The position numbers and the translations under genes were made by a program. DNA of 64,000 bases from positions 62,001 to 126,000 of the forward strand of contig NIVC01001475.1 in the NCBI GenBank assembly GCA_002269645.1, read 5' to 3'. The stretch comes from Macrostomum lignano (lineage: Eukaryota). This document shows, piece after piece, positions 56,446 through 64,000 of the stretch (positions within the stretch are counted from its first letter, which is position 1; the number at the start of each line of letters is the position of its first letter). The notes below the pieces were generated by a model. The model was not told the origin of the DNA and did not search any database. It saw only the letters and a list, made by a program, of their open reading frames with translations.

Positions 56446-58168
56446 ATGGCCGATAGTCACCTGCGCTGGTTTAACCAGCTCGGTTCTGAGGTCAAGCGAG
56501 ACTCTGACGCTGTCACAGCTAATAACTTCGAATGCCTTCAAGATAGGGACACCTGTCGGGTGCTAATTAAAGAATGGCAGTGCGCCACAGTCGAATCTCC
56601 GATAGAAATCGGATTAGAATCCGAAATTGTGATTGGATCAAACCTGGGTGATCTGGCGTGGGATCTGTTGTACAGCTGCGTGCTCGGTGCCCGAGTTGGT
56701 CACACCTGTGAAGTTGATTGGCAGCCAGATTATGCTGATAGCCACATTGGATCGCCTCCTGTTGAACGGTTTCGAGCTGAAATTCTGGTAAGTTTACCCC
56801 TTTTTTAGTTCCATTGGCACCAGGCACCACCTTATATAGAAGTCATGCAGAATCACGCTGCAAACTCGTGGGCCTTCTAGAATAAGCCGCCTGTGTACTT
56901 TCGTTACTGTCTTAGTCGTTTCTTTAGTTCATCTGCCCTCCTCTCTGTTTACTCCGTTTTCTCTCCCTCTGTCTAGTTCAGTCTTGTTATTTTTATCTCT
57001 CTCCCTAGCTGCCTTCTGATTGGCTCTTCAATCTCGCTCTTTCCGCAGTCGCGCACTCCACACCCCTCCTTTTCTTATCAGCACCCAACTCAACCCCCCC
57101 CCTAATTAATCAATATAATTGCATGGGTTTGCGCCCCACTCACAGATTCTTGTTTAATGTATGAGAACAAAATTCAATGTTTTTTTCTTATTATTATCAG
57201 CGTAATCGTATCCATTTTTATGAACCTGATCTTATTTGAATTTGGAAACCTGAATCAATCTCTCTTAATAAGATCGTGGCTCATAAATAAAATTTACTAT
57301 TAAACCTGATATGGTCAGGGATTAAGTTTCTTTTTCTGGATTATATCGCTATTCATACAGTCTGGGCCCGTCTATCTTTATCTGTCTGTCTGTCTGTCTG
57401 TCTGTCTTAGTGTCTATCTGACTCTATGACTCTATCTGTGTCTATCTCTCTCCCTCTCTTCCCTATGTACCTCTTCCTTCTCTCTTGTTGCTTAAATGCT
57501 TTCACTCTTCCTTTTCTCCAAAGCTCAGCTTACTTTATCAACAAGTACGGAATTAACTCCCTCTATATAATTAATAATAAACCTTGTAGGTGACTTGTCT
57601 AGTTTCCATGGCAACTAGCTACGCCGAGCTCGACCCCGACAGCCGACTGCAACTAGCCGAACTGCACAAAACTCGCGGCAATAATTATTTTCGTTCCGGC
57701 CAGCTCGGAGCCGCTATCTTAAACTATAACCGAGCCCTAGCTTACTGCCTATTGCCCGGCAGTCTGGCGACCACCCCAGCCTCCTCCGTCTCTGATTGGT
57801 CGGCCGATTCTCGCCTGCGCAGCCTGTCCCGCCTAATCCGTCAAAACATGGCCGGTCTGCAGTTGGCTGCTAAGCCTAATTGCAATCCGGAATTCGTTAT
57901 AGCCAATTGCGACGCCGCGCTAGTTAAGGCCATAGACGATGCCGATCCAGCCGATATGCTCGCTAAACGATTTTATCGGCGCGGTTGTGCCCAACTGGCG
58001 TTGGGTCAGCTAGATCTGGCGCAGACTAATCTGGCGCGAGCGGCTAGTCTTGCGCCAACTGACCGGGCTGTGTCAGCGCGACTGGCTGAAGTTGAAGCCG
58101 GTTTGAAGAGATCCGAGGCAAGGCTGGCTAGCGGGATGAAGGCGATGTTCTCGCCGGGGAAGCGTTGA
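56446..58168 (+). CDS. FKBPL: FKBP-like (degenerate PPIase fold plus 3 TPR) Hsp90 co-chaperone; exons 56446-56787 (alternative ATG 56419) and 57590-58168
   Basis: EIVIG..DLLYSC..G..CEV (FKBP-like), LHKTRGNNYFR..Y.RAL, KRFYRRG.AQ..LG, terminal LASGMKAMF; gtaagt/ttgtag phase 0. Confidence 0.8.
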
Positions 58169-58264
58169 GCATGAGGCTTTCATTTATAGTGATTCTGTTT
58201 TGTTTGGTCCTTACTGAATTCTCAATTGTGGTTTATCAATGGTCTGAATTCCCTTTCGTAGTTT

Positions 58265-58862
58265 TTGAGAGCTGATGTCTGAATCCCCCCGTAGTTTTTT
58301 AAGAGCTGATGTCTGAATTCCCCCCCGTAGTTTAAGGAGCTGATGTCTGAATTCCCCCTGTACTGTTCGAGGGCTGATGTCTGAATTCCCCCCGTAGTCT
58401 TCGAGAGCTGATGTCTGAATTCCCCCTGTAGTTTTTGAGGGCTGATGTCTGAATTCTCACCGTAGTTTTTTAAGAGCTGATGTCTGAATTCCCCCGTAGT
58501 TTAAAGAGCTGATGTCTGAATTCCCCCTGTACTGTTCGAGGGCTGATGTCTGAATTCTCCCCGTAGTCTTCGAGGGCTGATGTCTGAATTCCCCTGTAGT
58601 TTTCGAGGGCTGATGTCTGAATTCCCCTGTAGTTTTCGAGGGCTGATGTCTGAATTCCCCTTGTAGTTTTCAAGGGCTGATGTCTGAATTCCCCTGTAGT
58701 TTTCGAGGGCTGATGTCTGAATTCCCCCGTAGTTTTTGAGGGCCGGTGTCTGAATTCCCCCCCCATAGTTTTTGAGGGCCGGTGTCTGAATTCCCCCCAT
58801 TGTTTTTGAGGGCCGGTGTCTGAATTCCCCCCATAGTTTTTGAGGACCGGTGTTTAAATTCC
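58265..58862. repeat. 33-bp minisatellite GAGGGCTGATGTCTGAATTCCCCTGTAGTTTTC
   Basis: direct. Confidence 0.93.
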
Positions 58863-59184
58863 CTTTTTTAATGTCTGTCAGTAAATAAAACTACTTTTTG
58901 CAACCTTTATGACTGCTTGGTTTCCATCAATATTTAACTTTTTACATTTCAATGTGACCGCAGACTCCAGTAAAATGTTTTTGTTGAATTCCATCTGGCA
59001 CAAGTTAATACGGTGCATTTATTTTTGTTTATGAAAAACTGGCTATCTTTGCCTCAAAATGATATGTAGATTCTGCCTATTGTTGCTAAATACATAGTAA
59101 CTAATCGTTTTTATAAAAACTTTCATTGTGATGTGTACTTATTGTCTTTACTTTTTGTAAGTAGAACATATCAAGAGCCGCCTT

Positions 59185-60610
59185 TTAGATTAGCTATCCT
59201 AAGAGTCGCCTTCAAACTACATTAAGAATTGCCCTTAAGCTGCCTCAAGAATCGCTCTTTAACTACCTCAAGAATCGCTCTTAAACTACCTCAAGAATCG
59301 CCTTTAAACTGCCTCTAAACTGCCTCAACAATCGCTCTTTAACTACCTCAAGAATCGCTCTTAAACTACCTCAAGAATCGCTCTTAAACTACCTCAAGAA
59401 TCGCCCTTAAACTGCCTCTAAACTACCTCAAGAATCGCTCTTAAACTGCCTCTAAACTACCTCAAGAATCGCTCTTAAACTACCTCAAGAATCGCCCTTA
59501 AACTGCCTTAACAATCGCTCTTAAACTACCTTTAGAATCGCTCTTTAACTGCCTCTAAACTACCTCAAGAATCGCCCTTAAACTGCCTTAAAAATTGCCC
59601 TTAAACTGCCTTAACAATCGCTCTTAAATTACCTTTAGAATCGCTCCTAAACTGCCTGTAAACTACCTCAAGAATCGCCCTTAAACTGCCTTGAAAATTG
59701 CCCTTAAACTGCCTTCACAATCGCTCTTAAACCACCTTAAGAATCGCTCTTAAACTACCTCAAGAATCGCTCTTAAACTACCTCAAGAATCGCCCTCAAA
59801 CTGCCTTGAAAATTGCCCTTAAACTGCCTTCACAATCGCTCTTAAACTACCTTTAGAATCGCTCCTAAACTGCCTCTAAACTACCTCAAGAATCGCCCTT
59901 AAACTGCCCTAAAAATCGCCCTTAAACTGCCTTAAAAATTGCCCTTAAACTGCCTTAACAATCGCTCTTAAATTACCTTTAGAATCGCTCCTAAACTGCC
60001 TGTAAACTACCTCAAGAATCGCCCTTAAACTGCCTTGAAAATTGCCCTTAAACTGCCTTCACAATCGCTCTTAAACTACCTTTAGAATCGCTCCTAAACT
60101 GCCTCTAAACTACCTCAAGAATCGCCCTTAAACTGCCCTAAAAATCGCCCTTAAACTGCCTTAACAATCGCTCTTAAACCACCTTAAGAATCGCTCTTAA
60201 ACTACCTCAAGAATCGCTCTTAAACTACCTCAAGAATCGCCCTCAAACTGCCTTGAAAATTGCCCTTAAACTGCCTTCACAATCGCTCTTAAACTACCTT
60301 TAGAATCGCTCCTAAACTGCCTCTAAACTACCTCAAGAATCGCCCTTAAACTGCCCTAAAAATCGCCCTTAAACTGCCTTAACAATCGCTCTTAAACCAC
60401 CTTAACAATCGCTCTTAAACTACCTCAAGAATCGCTCTTAAACTACCTCAAGAATCGCCCTTAAACAGCCCCAAGAATCGCTCTTAAACCACCTTAAGAA
60501 TCGCTCTTAAACTACCTCAAGAATCGCTCTTAAACTACCCCAAGAATCGCCCTTAAACAGCCCCAAGAATCGCTCTTAAACCACCTTAAGAATCGCCTTT
60601 AAACTACCTG
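59185..60610. repeat. 23-bp minisatellite AAGAATCGCTCTTAAACTACCTC with higher-order blocks
   Basis: direct. Confidence 0.94.
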
Positions 60611-61082
60611 AAAGATTGTTCCTTAGCTTTTCTTATTTGGCTGATTTCTTCTGGGCCAGAACATTTCCTGTTATTTAGGCCTGATTTGCATTTTATTAGT
60701 TTGCACCTTAAATGACAGAAAGCTGAAAACATTATTTGCATTTTCCATGCCCTTTTAGTTGTGCTGCTAGTTGTTATGATTTCACGGCGTATGAATTTTT
60801 ATTAATAATTGTGTTCAAATATTTGTTTATTGAAACATAACAGTTTTTTCAATTATTGATGTCAATACCAAAATTGATTAATGGTTTTCATACAGAATGC
60901 TGGTTAACACGCAAGATGGAAAATAATTAATTTGTGACGGTCGAAACTATGAATTATATCAATGCCATTGAAGAATGTATCAATATTTATAATGTAATGG
61001 GAGTAAAATAAACTTATAAGAATATGATAGGCAAGCATTATGTGACTAGGAATGTTGTTAAAACTCTAAACGAAGATTATTA

Positions 61083-61480
61083 GTCACCCTTCTATCACAC
61101 CTGTGTCACCCTTGTATCTCACCTGTGTCACCCTTCTATCACACCTGTGTCACCCTTCTATCTCACCAATGTCACCCTTTTATCTCACATGTGTCACCCT
61201 TGTATCTCACCTGTGTCACCCTTCTATCACACCTGTGTCACCCTTCTATCTCACCAATGTCACCCTTTTATCTCACATGTGTCACCCTTGTATCTCACCT
61301 GTGTCACCCTTGTATTTCACATGTGTCACCCTTTTATCTCACCTGTGTCACCTTTGTATCTCACCTGTGTCACCCTTGTATCTCATCTGTGTCACCCTTG
61401 TATCTCATCTGTGTCACCCTTCTATCTCACCTGTGTCACTTTTGTATCTCACCTGTGTCACCCTTCTGTCTCACCTGTCA
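61083..61480. repeat. 22-bp minisatellite CCTGTGTCACCCTTGTATCTCA
   Basis: direct. Confidence 0.93.
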
Positions 61481-61570
61481 CCGTCATTTTTCATTAACCA
61501 AAGAGACCTCACTGCTCACGCAAAAGTCTTAAGATATTTTGTCAGTGGAATATTCACAATGCCGAATTGT

Positions 61571-61963
61571 TCAATGCATAGAATTGCATCTGTGCCTGAG
61601 CTTCAAGTGCCAGCCGTCATCGACCACAACGGCAGCGGCAACTGCGACAGCCGCCGCCGAGCCCTGACGCTTGCGAGCAGTCAGCAGATCCCACTGATCG
61701 TGTCGGATATTTTTCAATCTTTGTTGAAACTCCTTTTCTAACGCTCGTTGAGTCTCTTTCAATCGGGCACGCTCAACAATGTTCATTGACTTGACTTGAC
61801 GTCCGCGGTCGCGATCCTGAATGCAGGTCTCCCAGACCAGCTCCTCTCGTTTGTCATTCTTTCTCCGTTGTACAGCTTCGTAGTAGTCTTTAGCGCTCTG
61901 AGGCCTGTCATAGTTTGTAATTGTTGACTGAATGGGTTGCTGCTGAGTTAGAATGATGCTCAT
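61571..61963 (-). CDS. Uncharacterised charged coiled-coil protein (~130 aa), possibly only part of a gene
   Basis: ATG in good context (agcATG); non-repetitive E/K/R-rich heptad segment ERARLKETQRALEKEFQQRLKNIRHDQW; no homologue recognised with certainty. Confidence 0.5.
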   Translation of the reverse strand: MSIILTQQQPIQSTITNYDRPQSAKDYYEAVQRRKNDKREELVWETCIQDRDRGRQVKSMNIVERARLKETQRALEKEFQQRLKNIRHDQWDLLTARKRQGSAAAVAVAAAVVVDDGWHLKLRHRCNSMH

Positions 61964-62487
61964 GCTTTTGTTTCAACTTGTTGGTCAGCTAGTGTAACTA
62001 GTTGGAAAAGTGTCTGTCCTTCCTTACACTAAAAGCGTAGGCGGTCTCTTTATATAGGCGCGAACGCAAGTGTTGATAATTTATTCAAATTAATTCTGGA
62101 ACTTTCTTAGCGTTGTACGATAAGCAGCGAGCTGAAATTGTTTTGTTATTGTTTTTTGGCACGATTTTCTTAATGCCATCATTTCCTTTGGTTTGTTATT
62201 GTAGCTATGGTTGCTATGCTAATACTGATCACGCTGGTTCTGAGTGCTGCTATAATGGGACAACTACGAGTAATATGCTAGATTTCGCTGCAAAATGCAT
62301 TAGCATTTAGGAAGTATTCTGTTTTGCTTAGCTCTAATTTATCAATATTTCACAGCAAGAGTCTCATAGTTTCGCCGGAACTCTGCTTGCTTGCTTAGCA
62401 GTTCATGAAATAGCTATAGCTTTGATTAATTTGTGGCTGCACCTCTGACAAAATGCATGCTTCATTTGGAATTCGGAAGTCCCGAAT
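61964..62487. promoter_or_regulatory. Putative bidirectional promoter region between the coiled-coil ORF and TTC33
   Basis: ~520-bp satellite-free gap between divergent genes; TATA-like TTTATATAGGCGCG near 62049-62062. Confidence 0.35.
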
Positions 62488-62631
62488 ATGGTGGGGCATC
62501 TTTAGAATCTTTCTCTTTTAAATTAAAAAAAATAAATAAGCGTATGTACTCTACAAGTTTACTCTAAGTAGTCAAATTCGCTTATTTCTGCATGGCCTCA
62601 AAACTCATCGTCGGCAAACTCGTCTATCCAG

Positions 62632-63855
62632 TTTGCCTGGAAACGGAAATCGGATTCGAGTCAGACTACTTTGAGTAGCACTGTGCGGTCTGGTCTCTCT
62701 GACCGGAAAAATGTCTTTGATCGCTTGGATAACAACGACGATTGCAGTTTGTTGCCATTGACAACCATTAAAAGGCCGCGTACATGTGTGACAGAGACCA
62801 ATAAGCGATCGATTGCTCAGAAGAGGCAATTACTAATTGATGCCGGAAGTGCATCAGCGGAATCTGGGGACTGGGCTAGCGCTTTGGTTAGCTTTCGCAA
62901 AGCGCTGAGTCTGGATAGGTAAGATCGACAAACGTGTTAATAATTACTTGTACCTTTTGAAGCACTTCTCAATAGTCAATAGTCAATTAATCCTGAACAA
63001 GCGCAATTTTTTAAAATCCGTTTACGATTTTACTCCGATCGCTCCAAAGAATGACCCCTCTAGCTAATTTCCCGAAAAATCGCCCTAATCTTTCTAAAGA
63101 ATCGCCCCTGATCTCCCTAAAGAATCGCTCCTGATCTCCCTAAAGAATCGCCCCTGATCTCCCTAAAGAATCGCCCCTGACCTCCCTAAAGAATCGCCCC
63201 GGATCTCCCTAAAGAATCGCTCCTGATCTCCCTAAAGAATCGCCCCTGATCTCCCTAAAGAATCGCCCCTGATCTCCTTAAAGAATCGCCCCTGATCTCC
63301 CTAAAGAATCGCCCCTGATCTCCCTAAAGAATCGCCCCTGATCTCCTTAAAGAATCGCCCCTGATCTCCCTAAAGAATCGCCCCTGATCTCCCTAAAGAA
63401 TCGCCCCTGATCTCCCTAAAGAATCGCCCCTGATCTCCCTAAAGAATCGCCCCGATCCACACACCCAAGATAGAAACATCCATTCTATCTTGGTTATCCA
63501 TATTTTCAGCGTAGAAACTTCCGACCAATCGCAGCAGCGCGCCCGCCTACTAGAGATGGCCGCTCAGGCGCACTTGGCGCTTGGTGAATTCTGCGCCGGC
63601 GCCGGATTGGCCACCGAGGCGGTCAGTTTGGCGCCAAACTGGGCGCCGGCGCGCCAAACTCTCGGCCGGTGTCAGGTGAGCGCCGGGCTGACCAGACAAG
63701 CCTTGAAGTCGTTCGCCTACGCGTGCTTCTTGGACCCCACCGAGCCGGATATCTGGCACAAAGACCTGCTGTGGACTTGGGATCTGTGCCGCGCTGAGAA
63801 CCAAGGACACAAAGGCGGCGAGGATCACGGGGAGACTCGCGGGGAAATTCCCTAG
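62632..63855 (+). CDS. TTC33: Tetratricopeptide repeat protein 33; exons 62632-62918 and 63510-63855, start codon supplied from upstream
   Basis: N-terminal F-x-WKRK, LLEMAAQ..LALGE, QTLGRCQ, PDIWHKDLLW match the TTC33 family; gtaaga/ttcag phase 2. Confidence 0.88.
63090..63455. repeat. 23-bp minisatellite AGAATCGCCCCTGATCTCCCTAA (TTC33 intron)
   Basis: direct; shares AAGAATCGCYC core with 59185-60610. Confidence 0.93.
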
Positions 63856-64000
63856 TCGTGTAGAAAACTATCTAGATGTGAAAACTTCCCCTAACGTGGA
63901 AAAAATTCAATGTTGTCTTTCTGCGTATTTATATGTGTTTAACTGAATTTTTTGTTTAAACTTTTGTCAAAATGTATCAAAATATATGTTTAACGCATGA

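Overview
Eukaryotic (metazoan) genomic DNA. The Ala/Ser-rich exons separated by introns packed with minisatellites and (TGTC)n/(ATCT)n tracts suggest a free-living flatworm such as Macrostomum; this is an inference. Bases ~517-43433 hold a 5'-truncated polycystin-1 family gene on the + strand. I traced 29 GT-AG exons by hand with fully consistent splice phases, giving about 2,675 aa: PKD repeats, REJ, GPS (HL^T), TM1, PLAT, 11 TM in total, TOP domain and C-terminal coiled coil. Downstream are a CREBRF/REPTOR bZIP gene (3 coding exons), an FKBPL-like FKBP+TPR gene (2 exons), a minus-strand coiled-coil ORF, and TTC33 (2 main exons) head-to-head with it. Mobile DNA comprises a tRNA-derived CORE-SINE, an antisense, internally deleted THAP/P-element-like relic in the 10-kb intron, a 586-bp MITE with 19-bp TIRs, and a possible LTR-integrase relic. 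About 30 distinct minisatellite arrays fill the rest, and most long ORFs in the supplied track are artefacts of them. Best leads: (1) TTC33's conserved exon has no in-frame ATG, so a spliced-leader AUG or an ATG-only exon may supply the start; (2) satellite units cluster near multiples of ~11 bp, recur as families in different introns and abut or form splice sites; (3) some arrays multiply functional motifs (AP-1 sites, 5' splice sites); (4) the polycystin REJ carries a furin-type site plus a poly-Gly insert.
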